A stretch of DNA of 64,000 bases, taken from an uncultured Chloroflexia bacterium (GTDB taxonomy: Bacteria; Chloroflexota; Limnocylindria; Limnocylindrales; CSP1-4). The DNA is taken from NCBI GenBank assembly GCA_963720755.1, contig CAVRGP010000002.1, positions 224,001-288,000 of the forward strand, given 5' to 3'. Numbering within the stretch: position 1 is the stretch's first letter; every line of letters begins with the position of its first letter. The notes below the pieces were generated by a model that saw nothing but the letters and a program-made list of their open reading frames with translations, did no database searches and was not told the origin of the DNA. Position numbers and translations under genes: made by a program. Positions 9,942-19,434 of the stretch are shown here, in pieces.

Positions 9942-10172
9942 CTAGTCGCTACTCGGCGGAACGCGAAACTCCACATGCCCGCAGGACGAGCAGGCGCGAA
10001 CCTCGAGGTCGAGCATCCCCTCCCCAAGCTCCGCCCACTCGCCGAACAGCAGCTTCCAGCCGCCGCTCGTCCCGCCAACGCGGAACGCCTCGATCCCCAT
10101 GGATCGGAGTGGACCGGCGCAGCGGAGACAGGCGTCCGCACCTGGCTGCTCGGCGGGTCCTGGTCCGCTCAT
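9942..10172 (-). CDS. Small Zn-ribbon protein
   Basis: CLRC...CSSCGHVEF, 76 aa, GGAGG RBS upstream. Confidence 0.7.
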   Translation of the reverse strand: MSGPGPAEQPGADACLRCAGPLRSMGIEAFRVGGTSGGWKLLFGEWAELGEGMLDLEVRACSSCGHVEFRVPPSSD

Positions 10173-10282
10173 ATCGCCTCCTTGGGCTCCTGGCCCTTCC
10201 ATCGGCCCCGATCACTGATCGGTGACGCAGCCTGCGGACTCGGACTAAGGTAGTCGAGCGCTGCGTGAGGACCAAGGATCAA

Positions 10283-10561
10283 ATGCGGATGGCAGACCTC
10301 AAGCCCGGCTGGATGGTGGTCGGAAACGACGGGCATCGCGTGGGCACGGTCCGCGAGGTGGGTCAGAACTACCTCCTGGTCTCGACCGGGTTCATGAGCA
10401 ACATCTACGTTCCCGCGTCGGTCATCGCCAACGTCGAGCATGAGGTCGTGCACCTCTCGGTCGAGCAGGGCGTGGTGGCCGAGATGGGATGGGAACAGCC
10501 GCCGCGAGACGACGACGCCCCGGCGACGTCCCCTGAGACCGACCTGCATCGGCACGTCTGA
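10283..10561 (+). CDS. DUF2171/PRC-barrel-like small protein
   Basis: GW.VVG.DG..VGTV..V and IYVP.S.I..V....V.LS motifs. Confidence 0.7.
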   Translation: MRMADLKPGWMVVGNDGHRVGTVREVGQNYLLVSTGFMSNIYVPASVIANVEHEVVHLSVEQGVVAEMGWEQPPRDDDAPATSPETDLHRHV

Positions 10562-10603
10562 CCCCTCGTCCTCGACGGATCCGGAGAGCACCTCCAGAAT
10601 GTC

Positions 10604-11686
10604 GTGGTGCGACCCGAGATCTCGTTCGCGACCTCCGCAGACGGCACGCGGATCGCATGGTCGCGTCACGGACATGGCCCCCTGCTTGTTCGCGTCGGGA
10701 CCTGGCTGACCAATCTCGAGCACGATTGGGCGAGCCCGGTCTGGAAGCATTGGCTCACCACGTTGGGCGAGCGCTTCACGGTCGTCCGCTATGACGACCG
10801 GGGGAGTGGCCTGTCCGACCGCTCGCCGGCCGACATCTCGTTCGACGCCTGGCTCGCCGACCTCGAGGCGGTGGTGGATGCCGCCAGACTCGATCGTTTC
10901 TCGCTGTTCGGCATGTCACAGGCGGGAGCCATTGCGATCGCATACGCACATGCGCATCCGGAACGGGTCGACAACGTGATCGTCCTCGGCGGCTACAGCC
11001 GCGGGGTTTTCGCCCGCGATCCGACCGAGAAGGACCGCGACGAGACAGAGCTGGCTTGGCAGATGATCAAGGTCGGGTGGGGCCGGGCCGACCCGGTCTA
11101 TCGTCGCGTCTTCACGACCGCATTCATCCCCGGGGCGACCGAGGCTCAGATGCGATCGTTCGACGAGTTACAGCGGCGGTCGATGACGCCGGACATGGCG
11201 CTCGCGAGCAGCCGCGCTCGCTCGACGGTCGACGTCACCTCCGCCGCGCTGGCGTTGACCGCCCGAACCCTCGTCCTTCATGCCGATGGCGACATGGCCG
11301 TTCCGTTCGAAGAAGGACGCGTCCTCGCCGGGCAGATCCCGGGCGCCCGATTTGTCCCGCTCCATGGCCGGAATCACATCCTGCTCGCGGACGAGCCGGC
11401 CTGGTTCGAGTTCTTGGACGAGTTGACGGCGTTCGTTGGCGAGGTTGCGCCAGCAGATCAGCTGCGGGCCACGGCCCCGCTCACGACGCGCGAGCTCGAC
11501 GTGCTGCGACTCGTCGCCGACGGGTGCAGCAATGACGAGATCGCGACGCGACTTACCGTCAGCACGAGGACCGTGGAGCGTCATCTCTCGAACATCTACG
11601 TCAAGCTCTCGCTGTCGGGCAAGTCCGCCCGGGCAGGAGCTGCAGCTCGGCTCCCGGAGCTCGCGTACCCGCGCGGCCTGAGCTGA
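10604..11686 (+). CDS. Alpha/beta-hydrolase-fold sensor fused to LuxR HTH
   Basis: RYDDRGSG, GMSQAG nucleophile elbow, C-terminal LTTRELDVLRLVADG.SN.EIA..L.VS.RTVERH. Confidence 0.92.
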   Translation: MVRPEISFATSADGTRIAWSRHGHGPLLVRVGTWLTNLEHDWASPVWKHWLTTLGERFTVVRYDDRGSGLSDRSPADISFDAWLADLEAVVDAARLDRFSLFGMSQAGAIAIAYAHAHPERVDNVIVLGGYSRGVFARDPTEKDRDETELAWQMIKVGWGRADPVYRRVFTTAFIPGATEAQMRSFDELQRRSMTPDMALASSRARSTVDVTSAALALTARTLVLHADGDMAVPFEEGRVLAGQIPGARFVPLHGRNHILLADEPAWFEFLDELTAFVGEVAPADQLRATAPLTTRELDVLRLVADGCSNDEIATRLTVSTRTVERHLSNIYVKLSLSGKSARAGAAARLPELAYPRGLS

Positions 11687-11830
11687 CGTCCGCCTTCTCC
11701 GTATGGGTGGCACCCGGCATGAGACGGTCACCGCGGCACAACCCTCCTGCGCGTTACCACGGATGCGGGCCGGCGCTCGTGGACCGTACGGTGATGGCCT
11801 AACCAACCCGTCCCAGGAAGGAACCACCAC

Positions 11831-12061
11831 ATGCCGTTCATCAACGTCAAGATCATCGAGGGCGTGTTCACGCCGCCCCAGAAGCAGGAGATCATCCGCA
11901 AGCTGACCGACACGATGGTCGGGATCGAGGGCGAGAACATGCGCCCGGTCACCGTCTGCGTGGTCGAAGAAGTCGCCAGCGGCGACTGGGGCATCGGCGG
12001 GCAGCCCTACACGACGGAAGACGTCCTCGAACTCGCTCGTCGAGCGCCTGTCGTCGCGTAA
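11831..12061 (+). CDS. 4-oxalocrotonate tautomerase family protein
   Basis: N-terminal catalytic Pro (MPFINVK), WGIGG, 76 aa, GGAAGGA RBS. Confidence 0.92.
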   Translation: MPFINVKIIEGVFTPPQKQEIIRKLTDTMVGIEGENMRPVTVCVVEEVASGDWGIGGQPYTTEDVLELARRAPVVA

Positions 12062-12189
12062 TCTGCGGCGAGAACGGCGGAGGCGAGACCGAAGCGCTCG
12101 CCAGCCAATGAATGTTGCGCTCGTGCTGTCTCAGCGCGGGCGCAACGTCGCGACGCTCCACGACCCAGATGTACCGGAAGGAACCTCCC

Positions 12190-13128
12190 ATGCCAGGTGG
12201 CGCGCCCAGCACATCGGCCACGGGATATCGAGCGGTCGAGTTCACGTCGGATGGGGCTACCTTGCGGGGACGGCTGTATCCGCCTGGCGATCGCCCAGCC
12301 CCTGTCGTTGTCATGGCGCACGGCTTCTCGGCGACGATCCCGATGAGCATGGACAAATATGCCGAGCGCTTCCAGGAGCAGGGTCTGACTGTGCTCGCCT
12401 TCGACCATCGGGGTCACGGGATGAGCGACGGCGATCCGCGGGGCGAGATCAATGTCTGGGTGCAGGCGCGTGGGTATATGGATGCCATCGGATTCCTGCG
12501 CGCATCCGGGACGATCGGGAAGTCTCCGATCGCGCTGTGGAGCGACAGCCTCAGCGCGAGAGCCGCGCTTGGTGTTGCCGCGCTCGACGATCGGGTCGAC
12601 GCCCTCGTCTGCCAGGTGCCGGCGTTCGGAGACGAAGTTCGCGCCGGCGATTCGGACACCACTCGCCTCGACGCGATGCGCGGATTCCTGACGGCCGGTC
12701 ATACCCGCCGTCCGGTTGAAACGTGGGTGGCGTCGTCGGTCGTCTCGCCGGATCAGGCGGCGAGCCCGTCCGCCCTCGAGCCGCTGAGCGCGTATCGGTG
12801 GTTCATCGAATACGGCGGCCGCTACGGGAGCGGATGGACGAACCGTGTGGTCTTCACCGCACCGAGCGAGTCACCGGACTTCGATCCCTTCGCCTGCGCC
12901 CCTCGGGTGCGCGTTCCGACTCTGTTCGCGATGTCGCCGGATGACGAGATGCCAGGAGCGAATAGCGACGTGGCGCGAGCGGTGTTCGCGTGCCTATCAG
13001 GTCCCAAGGAACTGGTCGACGTGGACGGAGGACACTTCGGCATCATCGAGCACCCGAGCGTCGCGTTCGAGCGGGCCAGCGATGCCCAGGCTGCCTGGCT
13101 GGCGGGGACGCTTGGAGCGGGCTCGTGA
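12190..13128 (+). CDS. Alpha/beta hydrolase
   Basis: VVVMAHGF, FDHRGHGMSDG.PR, W.DSLS elbow, GGHF. Confidence 0.85.
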   Translation: MPGGAPSTSATGYRAVEFTSDGATLRGRLYPPGDRPAPVVVMAHGFSATIPMSMDKYAERFQEQGLTVLAFDHRGHGMSDGDPRGEINVWVQARGYMDAIGFLRASGTIGKSPIALWSDSLSARAALGVAALDDRVDALVCQVPAFGDEVRAGDSDTTRLDAMRGFLTAGHTRRPVETWVASSVVSPDQAASPSALEPLSAYRWFIEYGGRYGSGWTNRVVFTAPSESPDFDPFACAPRVRVPTLFAMSPDDEMPGANSDVARAVFACLSGPKELVDVDGGHFGIIEHPSVAFERASDAQAAWLAGTLGAGS

Positions 13129-13136
13129 CCCGGTCC

Positions 13137-14360
13137 ATGGAGCAGGTCGAGACATTGGTCGTCGGAGGTGGACAAGCGGGCTTGGCGGTGAGTCATGAGC
13201 TCGCCCGCCACGGCGTCGAGCACCTCGTTGTCGAACGAGGCCAGGTCGGCCAATCCTGGCGCGACCGATGGGACAGTTTCTGCCTCGTGACACCGAACTG
13301 GTCGGTCCAGCTGCCGGACGGCGCGTACGACGGGAACGATCCGGATGGCTACATGCCCCGGGATGAGATCGTGGAGTACCTCCGGCGCTACGCGTCCCGA
13401 TCCGGCCTCCCGATCCGGGAGGGGGTGGACGTCGGGTCGCTCGAGGCGTTGCCAGCTGGAGACTTCGCCGCCCGGACCTCGGCCGGTGACCTGCGTGCGC
13501 GTCGCGTCGTCGTGGCCACCGGCGCCTACCAGCGCTCATATCGACCCGCGGGTTCCGAGTCCCTTCCCGCGACCCTCCTGCGGATCGATCTGCGCGACTA
13601 CCACACGCCGGCTGCCCTCCCCCCTGGGCGCGTCCTGATCGTCGGCAGCGGCCAATCCGGCTGCCAGTTGGCGGAGGAGTTGCACCAGGCCGGTCGTGAG
13701 GTCGTCCTCGCGTGCGGCAAGGCTCCGTGGGCGCCGCGGATGATCGGCGGCCGCGACATGTACTGGTGGGCCGAGAAGTCGGGTTTCCTGGACGGCACGG
13801 TCGCGTCGCTGCCATCCCCCAACGCCCGCCTTGGCGCGAACGTCCTGGCCACCGGCCACGGCGAGCCTCACGACCTGGACCTTCGGACGCTTCGCGCCCT
13901 CGGGATCACGCTCGTGGGTCATTTCCTGGGATCCGATGACGAGGAGGCGCGGTTCGCCCCGGATCTCGCGGAATCGGTGGCCTGGGGCGATGCCCGGTAC
14001 CGCGAGCTCGCGCAGATCTTCCGCAAGACGGCGACGGAGATCGGACTGCCGCAACCCGTGTTGCCCGACCCTCAGCCGTTCGACGGGCAGGCCCCCGAAG
14101 TGGTCTCACTGGCGGGGTTCGGCGTTGTCATCTTCGCGGGCGGCTTCCGACCTGACTACCGCTCCTGGATGCCGTGGCCGGCCGCCTTCGACGAGCTCGG
14201 GTTCCCTGTCCAGGTCGATGGCGCCAGCACGGTCGTCGACGGGCTCTACTTCGTGGGCGTCCCGTTCATGCGGACGCGCAAGTCGCCGCTCCTCCTCGGC
14301 GTCGCCGACGATGCAGCGGTCGTGGCCCGAGCGATCGCCGGCCACGCGACCGGGCGGTAG
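13137..14360 (+). CDS. Flavin-containing monooxygenase
   Basis: GGGQAG, WRDRWDSFCLVTPNW, VGSGQSGCQLAEEL, GLYFVG. Confidence 0.9.
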   Translation: MEQVETLVVGGGQAGLAVSHELARHGVEHLVVERGQVGQSWRDRWDSFCLVTPNWSVQLPDGAYDGNDPDGYMPRDEIVEYLRRYASRSGLPIREGVDVGSLEALPAGDFAARTSAGDLRARRVVVATGAYQRSYRPAGSESLPATLLRIDLRDYHTPAALPPGRVLIVGSGQSGCQLAEELHQAGREVVLACGKAPWAPRMIGGRDMYWWAEKSGFLDGTVASLPSPNARLGANVLATGHGEPHDLDLRTLRALGITLVGHFLGSDDEEARFAPDLAESVAWGDARYRELAQIFRKTATEIGLPQPVLPDPQPFDGQAPEVVSLAGFGVVIFAGGFRPDYRSWMPWPAAFDELGFPVQVDGASTVVDGLYFVGVPFMRTRKSPLLLGVADDAAVVARAIAGHATGR

Positions 14361-14406
14361 GCGCCGGCGCGGAGGGATGGCTCGTGGTCGCGGGGCTTGA
14401 GCCGCA

Positions 14407-15081
14407 CTAAGGACTTTGGGACCCACGCACCCTCTCGAGCGCGTCGAGGATCAGGTCGAGCCCGTACCCGAATTCGTTGCCGAAGTCATAGCCGGGCTGC
14501 ATGGCGTGCTCGATCATCGCCACGAGGTTCGGGAAGGCGCCGGGCTCGAACGGCCGGACCATGCTCTGCGCGACAGCCGCAGCCTCGTCCGCGGTCCCGA
14601 ACGGCATGTTCATGTGCGTGAGCGCGAAGCCGTAGATGTAGCCGTCCAGGAGCGCGTATGCGTGGGCGGCCATGGTCATGTCGAAGCCCCCCGCCAGAAG
14701 GCTGCCGATCACCGCATCGTGGTGCCGCAGGTTCGCCGGACCTGGATTGCCCCGCGACTCCATCATGCCGATCGCCCATCGGTGACGGGCCATGGCGTCG
14801 CGGACCGAGACCGCCCGCCGGCGCATCGCCGTCTTCCAGTCGGAGCCGGCCGCTGGCAGGTCGATCTCGCCGAAAACGCGATCGACCATGCCATCGAGGA
14901 CCCGTTCCTTGTTGGCGAAGTGGTAGTAGATGGCCATCGCCTCGACCCCGAGTTCGAGGCCGAGCTTGCGCATGCTGAGTGACTCGAGCCCACCCTGATC
15001 GGCGAGCTTGATGGCGGCGCCCAGCACCCGCTCCCGGGTCAGGGGTTCGCGCTGCGCCCGCTCGGTCGACTCCGTAGTCAT
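14407..15081 (-). CDS. TetR family regulator with TetR_C domain
   Basis: LSMRKLG..LGVEAMAIYYHF.NK HTH; YIYGF and F.YGLDLILD C-terminus. Confidence 0.93.
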   Translation of the reverse strand: MTTESTERAQREPLTRERVLGAAIKLADQGGLESLSMRKLGLELGVEAMAIYYHFANKERVLDGMVDRVFGEIDLPAAGSDWKTAMRRRAVSVRDAMARHRWAIGMMESRGNPGPANLRHHDAVIGSLLAGGFDMTMAAHAYALLDGYIYGFALTHMNMPFGTADEAAAVAQSMVRPFEPGAFPNLVAMIEHAMQPGYDFGNEFGYGLDLILDALERVRGSQSP

Positions 15082-15118
15082 TGGCTCCTCTCTGCCTCGG
15101 TGGGACGTGCCACCGGGG

Positions 15119-15174
15119 TTGACACTGCGCACTTTACATCGTACAGTCCCGCTAGCAACTTTACACCGTATAGT
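15119..15174 (+). promoter_or_regulatory. Sigma70 promoter overlapped by two TetR operators
   Basis: TTGACA(15119)-N17-TACAGT(15142); operators ACTTTACATCGTACAGT (15131-15147) and ACTTTACACCGTATAGT (15158-15174). Confidence 0.78.
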
Positions 15175-15193
15175 CGCAACAGGAGATCCACCG

Positions 15194-16213
15194 ATGAAAG
15201 CGATCGTTCAGGACCGGTATGGCGCAGCAGAGGTCCTGGACCTCGCCGACATCGACAAGCCCGAGATCGGGGACAGTGAGGTCCTGGTCCGCGTTCACGC
15301 GGCGTCGATCCATGTCGGTGACCTGGTCGTCATGATGGGCTCGCCGTACCTCATGCGGATGGTGACCGGACTTCGCCGACCGAAATACCGCGTTCCGGGG
15401 ACGGATATCGCGGGGACGGTCGAGGCGGTCGGCAAGGACGTCAAGGGGCTGCAGATCGGTGACGACGTGTTCGGGTGGTGCACGGGTGCCTTTGCCGAGT
15501 ACGTGACGGCAAGCGAGGACCAGTTCGTCCGCAAGCCAGCCAGCCTCACCTTCGAGCAGGCTGCCGCCATCGGAGTGTCCGCCACCGCTGCCCTCCAGCT
15601 CCTGCGCGACGACGGACACCTCCAGTCCGGGCAGAAGGTCCTCATCAACGGGGCGTCCGGCGGCGTGGGCACGTTCGCGGTGCAGATCGCCAAGGCGTTC
15701 GGCGCCGAGGTGACCGGCGTATGCAGCACGAAGAACGTGGAACTGGTCCGGTCGATCGGGGCCGACCACGTCATCGACTACACCAGGGATGACTTCAGGA
15801 GTGGTGGACCGCGCTACGATCTCATCCTCGACAACGTGGGCGACCACTCGATGTCGGTGACGAGGCGAGCGCTCACCGCCGATGGGACGCTGCTCTCCAA
15901 CGGCGGCGCACACTCGGGCGGCAAGCTCGGGCGCGTGATCCGGACCGGCATCGTTTCCATGTTCGTTCGCCAGCAGGGAAAACCGACCGTCAAGTTCCAG
16001 AACCGAGCCGACCTCGTCGCCCTGAAGGAGCTCGTCGAAGCCGGGAAGGTCACGCCCGTCCTCGACGCGACATACCCACTGTCTGAGACCCCCGAAGCGA
16101 TGGGCCATGTCGGAGCGGGGCATGCCCGGGGCACGGTCGTCGTTTCCGTCGCCCGGCCATCCGATGATGTCGTTGCACCAGCGAGCACGACGGCGCCGGC
16201 GATCGCGTCATGA
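15194..16213 (+). CDS. NAD(P)-dependent MDR oxidoreductase (Zn-independent, quinone-reductase/RTN4IP1-like), paralogue 1
   Basis: MKAIV..RYG, PGTDIAG, GASGGVG, GHARG.VV; AGGAG RBS. Confidence 0.92.
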   Translation: MKAIVQDRYGAAEVLDLADIDKPEIGDSEVLVRVHAASIHVGDLVVMMGSPYLMRMVTGLRRPKYRVPGTDIAGTVEAVGKDVKGLQIGDDVFGWCTGAFAEYVTASEDQFVRKPASLTFEQAAAIGVSATAALQLLRDDGHLQSGQKVLINGASGGVGTFAVQIAKAFGAEVTGVCSTKNVELVRSIGADHVIDYTRDDFRSGGPRYDLILDNVGDHSMSVTRRALTADGTLLSNGGAHSGGKLGRVIRTGIVSMFVRQQGKPTVKFQNRADLVALKELVEAGKVTPVLDATYPLSETPEAMGHVGAGHARGTVVVSVARPSDDVVAPASTTAPAIAS

Positions 16214-16242
16214 GGGGCAACAAGTCCGGGGAGGATCCATCC

Positions 16243-16407
16243 GTGCGCGACAAGCGATTGAGCCAGGGGGCGTGCATCGCCCTCGGTGCTGGGATCGGCG
16301 CCGCAATCGGGAACGCTATTGGCAACGTCGGCGTTGGCATCGCCGTGGGTATCGCCCTCGGTGCTGCCATCGGAGCCAAGTTGCCGACGTCAGGAGGCGG
16401 CAGCTAG
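16243..16407 (+). CDS. Glycine-zipper membrane micro-protein, copy 1
   Basis: GGAGG then GTG at 16243 (alternative ATG at 16210); GACIALGAGIGAAIGNAIGNVGVGIAVGIALGAAIG. Confidence 0.7.
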   Translation: MRDKRLSQGACIALGAGIGAAIGNAIGNVGVGIAVGIALGAAIGAKLPTSGGGS

Positions 16408-16451
16408 CGGCGTGCCGCACGACGTGATGGCCGGATAGGTCGCTCGCTGGA

Positions 16452-16531
16452 CGGGCCGGCGCTGGTGGCTACGGTCTTCGGCTCAGTGTCGGGCCGGCGC
16501 TGGTGGCTACGGTCTTCGGCTCAGTCGGGCC
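16452..16531. repeat. Tandem duplication of a 36-bp unit (period 38) between convergent genes
   Basis: CGGGCCGGCGCTGGTGGCTACGGTCTTCGGCTCAGT at 16452-16487 and 16490-16525, then CGGGCC again. Confidence 0.9.
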
Positions 16532-17417
16532 TGACGCTGATCACGACGTTGCCCTTCTTGTGGCCCCGCTCGACGTACTCGTGCGCTTCGCGAATGGCCT
16601 CGAGCGGGTAGGTCCGATCGATCACGGCTCGTAGCGAATGCGCCTCGAGGAGATCCCGGATGTACCAGAGGTCGGCCAGGTTCTCGGTGGTGCTTGAGCG
16701 AACCGATACGAAGCGACCCCCTGGAGCGAGCAGGCGCTTGGCGCGACCCGCCGGCCCCTTGCCGACGGCATCGACGATCACGTCGAACCGGCCAGCGTCC
16801 GCGGCAACATCGTCATGTGTGTAGTCGATCACTCGCTCCGCCCCTAGCGACCGCACCAGTTCCACGTTGGCGGTGCTGGACACGCCGGTGACGCGGGCGC
16901 CGAGCTGCGCGCCGAGTTGAACCGCATAACTGCCGACGCTTCCGGACGCTCCGTAGACGAGTATCCGCCGTCCCGCACCCTCGTCGGCGCCGCCACGACG
17001 GAGCAAGGTCAGCGCGGTCAACGACCCGATCGGGATCGGCGCGACTTCCTCGTAACGCAAGCCATTCGGGATCTCGGCGATGACCCCATCCCCCGGAACG
17101 CAGATGGCCTCGGCGTACGCCCCGGATGTCAGTCCCGTCGTCGTGCCGAAGACTCGGTCGCCGGGCCGGTAGTGGGATTCGTTCGCGCCGATGGCCGCGA
17201 CGACCCCGGCGTACTCGTGGCCCAGCACGCGCTTACGACGGATCCCGAACAGGCGCGCGAGTAATGTCGGCAGCTTGCGCAGAACGACGTCGCCCTGGGT
17301 CACTGTCGTCGCGTGGATTCGAACGAGCAACTCGCCCGGCTCCGGCGTCGGGTCCGGCACGTCGCGGAGGACCAGCCCACTCGTGGGGCCGGTTCGCTCA
17401 AGCACAACTGCTCGCAC
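16521..17417 (-). CDS. NAD(P)-dependent MDR oxidoreductase, paralogue 2
   Basis: LGHEYAG, GAYAE, GASGSVG, GHKKGNVV. Confidence 0.92.
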   Translation of the reverse strand: MRAVVLERTGPTSGLVLRDVPDPTPEPGELLVRIHATTVTQGDVVLRKLPTLLARLFGIRRKRVLGHEYAGVVAAIGANESHYRPGDRVFGTTTGLTSGAYAEAICVPGDGVIAEIPNGLRYEEVAPIPIGSLTALTLLRRGGADEGAGRRILVYGASGSVGSYAVQLGAQLGARVTGVSSTANVELVRSLGAERVIDYTHDDVAADAGRFDVIVDAVGKGPAGRAKRLLAPGGRFVSVRSSTTENLADLWYIRDLLEAHSLRAVIDRTYPLEAIREAHEYVERGHKKGNVVISVRPD

Positions 17418-17614
17418 GATCAATAGCCCTGCGCGCGGGAGATGACATCGGGGGGCCTGTCGGTCGGCATCGCCGGGAGGACGACGGGCGCCAGGCGCTT
17501 GATCGGATATAGGCTCGAATGAGTAGGGGTATCCATGGACGCCTCCACCTCCTGCCGGCGTTGGAACGTGCTTGCACGGACCGCAACCGTGCCCAACGCG
17601 CTAGGTGGAGGTCG

Positions 17615-17630
17615 TCATCCCTTCGGGTGA
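17615..17630. promoter_or_regulatory. Imperfect LuxR-type palindrome
   Basis: TCATCCCTTCGGGTGA, matching the perfect site at 18526. Confidence 0.5.
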
Positions 17631-17712
17631 TTCAGGTCAGCCTGGCGCTCGATCCTGGACTTCGATGGTGGCGGGGTGGACATCCCTGGCCGGTGTTCCT
17701 ACCCTTGTATAG

Positions 17713-18462
17713 GTGTTCGTCCCCACCGTCCGCGTGGTCAGATCAGCCACAGCGCGCGCGATAGCTCGCCTGGCAAGCGCGTCCCCTCAGGCCCGCAGCC
17801 TGCGCTTCGGTTTCCCGGTTGCCGCGGCGTTGGCGTCCGTGGGTCTTGTCGATTCGACGGCGGATGTCCTGCCCGGCGGCGGCGCCTTTCTCCTGCTCCT
17901 CCTGCCGGTCATGGCCGTAGCGCTCGGCCTCGGCTTCTCAGCTGGCCTGCTCACACTGGGTCTCTGCGCGCTCGGCGCGGGGCTCCTCGTGCCGTTACGC
18001 GGACACCCGTGGCTATCCAGCCCTACGGACCTCATCCGATTGGCCCTGTACCTCGTCGAAGGGGCACTTGTGGCGATCCTGGCGTTTGGACTCCGAGCGC
18101 CCGCGAGGGAGGCGAGCAGGAGGCCTCGGCTATCGGATGACTCCGGACTCGACCCGATGACGACCCGTGAACTCGAGGTGCTGACCCTGGCGGCAGCCGG
18201 CCTCAAGACGGATGAGATCGCCCGGAAGATCTTTGTGTCCAGGAACACGGTCAAGACGCACCTCGCCCACACGTACGCGAAGCTCGGCGCCCAGAACCGC
18301 GCCGAGGCCGTCGCCACCGCACTTCGGATCGGCGTCATCGAACTCGTCCCCGGCGCGCCGACGCGAGAGCCAGGCCCGTCGGACGTTCTCGGGGGCGACC
18401 GTCAAGAGCCTCCGGTGTCGATCCGACAAGTCGATCCAGCGACTCGAGGGCCGAAGGTCTAA
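17713..18462 (+). CDS. Membrane-anchored LuxR-family regulator (4-TM DUF4118-like N-terminus)
   Basis: Four hydrophobic helices, then MTTRELEVLTLAAAG.....IA..IFVSRNTVKTHL...Y.KLG..NR; start uncertain. Confidence 0.8.
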   Translation: MFVPTVRVVRSATARAIARLASASPQARSLRFGFPVAAALASVGLVDSTADVLPGGGAFLLLLLPVMAVALGLGFSAGLLTLGLCALGAGLLVPLRGHPWLSSPTDLIRLALYLVEGALVAILAFGLRAPAREASRRPRLSDDSGLDPMTTRELEVLTLAAAGLKTDEIARKIFVSRNTVKTHLAHTYAKLGAQNRAEAVATALRIGVIELVPGAPTREPGPSDVLGGDRQEPPVSIRQVDPATRGPKV

Positions 18463-18525
18463 AGCGCTCGTCGGTTCGATTTCCGAGCGCCGGAAGGCTC
18501 GACTCCGCGCGTCGTGATCGCCAAA

Positions 18526-18541
18526 TCACCCGTTCGGGTGA
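18526..18541. promoter_or_regulatory. Palindromic regulator site upstream of the DUF4386-ABC operon
   Basis: TCACCCG-TT-CGGGTGA perfect inverted repeat. Confidence 0.6.
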
Positions 18542-18684
18542 CGCCCGTCTGGATCACCGGCTGGCAGGGTGGGACTCTTCCAACCCGCCGATGCCTAAAT
18601 CGTCGCGCTGCGGATCGCTCGGCAGGCGAGTACTCACGCACCGCAGCGATCGGCCGCGGTCCAACGAATAGGAAGGGCGTCCCG

Positions 18685-19434
18685 ATGCAATCACCCAGGA
18701 CACTCGCCCGCGTCGCAGGGCTCGCCTATCTCATGGTGGCCGTTGCGGCAGGCGTCGCAGGCTACGCGCGCAGCACCATCGTGGTGTCGGGAGACGCCGC
18801 GGCGACGGCGGCCAACATCCGCGCATCGGAGACGTTGTTCCGCGTTGGCATCGTTGCCGACTTGCTCCAGGCGACATTCTTCATGCTGACCGCCATCGCC
18901 CTGTATGCCCTGCTCCACCACGTTCACCGGCTGGCGGCGTTCGCCATGGTGACCTTCGTCGCGGTCAGCGTTGCGATGCAGGCGCTGAACCTGGTCCTCC
19001 TGGTCGCCGCGCTGTCGATCGCGACCGGCGCCGGGTTCACGACCGCGTTCGGTCCAGCCGGTTCAGATGCCCTTGCGATGCTGTTCACCGACCTGCAGCA
19101 CGACGGCTTCGTCCTCTCCCAGATGTTCTTTGCCTTGTGGCTCCTGCCGCTTGGCTACCTTGTCGTGAAATCCGGGTACTTCCCCAAGGTTCTGGGCTAT
19201 CTATTGGTGCTCGCCTGCTTCGGATACCTCGCGGACATGTTCGCGTACCTTCTCGTGCCCGAATTCGAACCGGCCTTCCTGCCCGTCTCGGCCGTTCTGG
19301 GCGTGCTTGGTGAGGTGACGTTCATCGCGTGGCTGTTGGTGAAGGGGGTCAGGACGCGACCCGTGGAGGCATCCGTCATCGCCGACGGCCGAGCGGGCGC
19401 GCCTGCCGGCCGGAGCGCAGAGGCGTGGCGATGA
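18685..19434 (+). CDS. DUF4386-like membrane protein 1
   Basis: ARVAGLAYL, GDAAATAANI, FFALWLLPLGYLV.KSGYFPK.LG, GE..FI.WLLVKG. Confidence 0.85.
   Translation: MQSPRTLARVAGLAYLMVAVAAGVAGYARSTIVVSGDAAATAANIRASETLFRVGIVADLLQATFFMLTAIALYALLHHVHRLAAFAMVTFVAVSVAMQALNLVLLVAALSIATGAGFTTAFGPAGSDALAMLFTDLQHDGFVLSQMFFALWLLPLGYLVVKSGYFPKVLGYLLVLACFGYLADMFAYLLVPEFEPAFLPVSAVLGVLGEVTFIAWLLVKGVRTRPVEASVIADGRAGAPAGRSAEAWR

Noticed and set aside
16243-16407. Glycine-zipper peptide as a bacteriocin/RiPP precursor
   Set aside because: No double-glycine leader, peptidase-containing transporter or modifying enzymes are visible; kept only as a membrane micro-protein
16452-16531. 36-bp repeat as a mini CRISPR array
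   Set aside because: Only two copies with a 2-nt spacer, and no cas genes in the window
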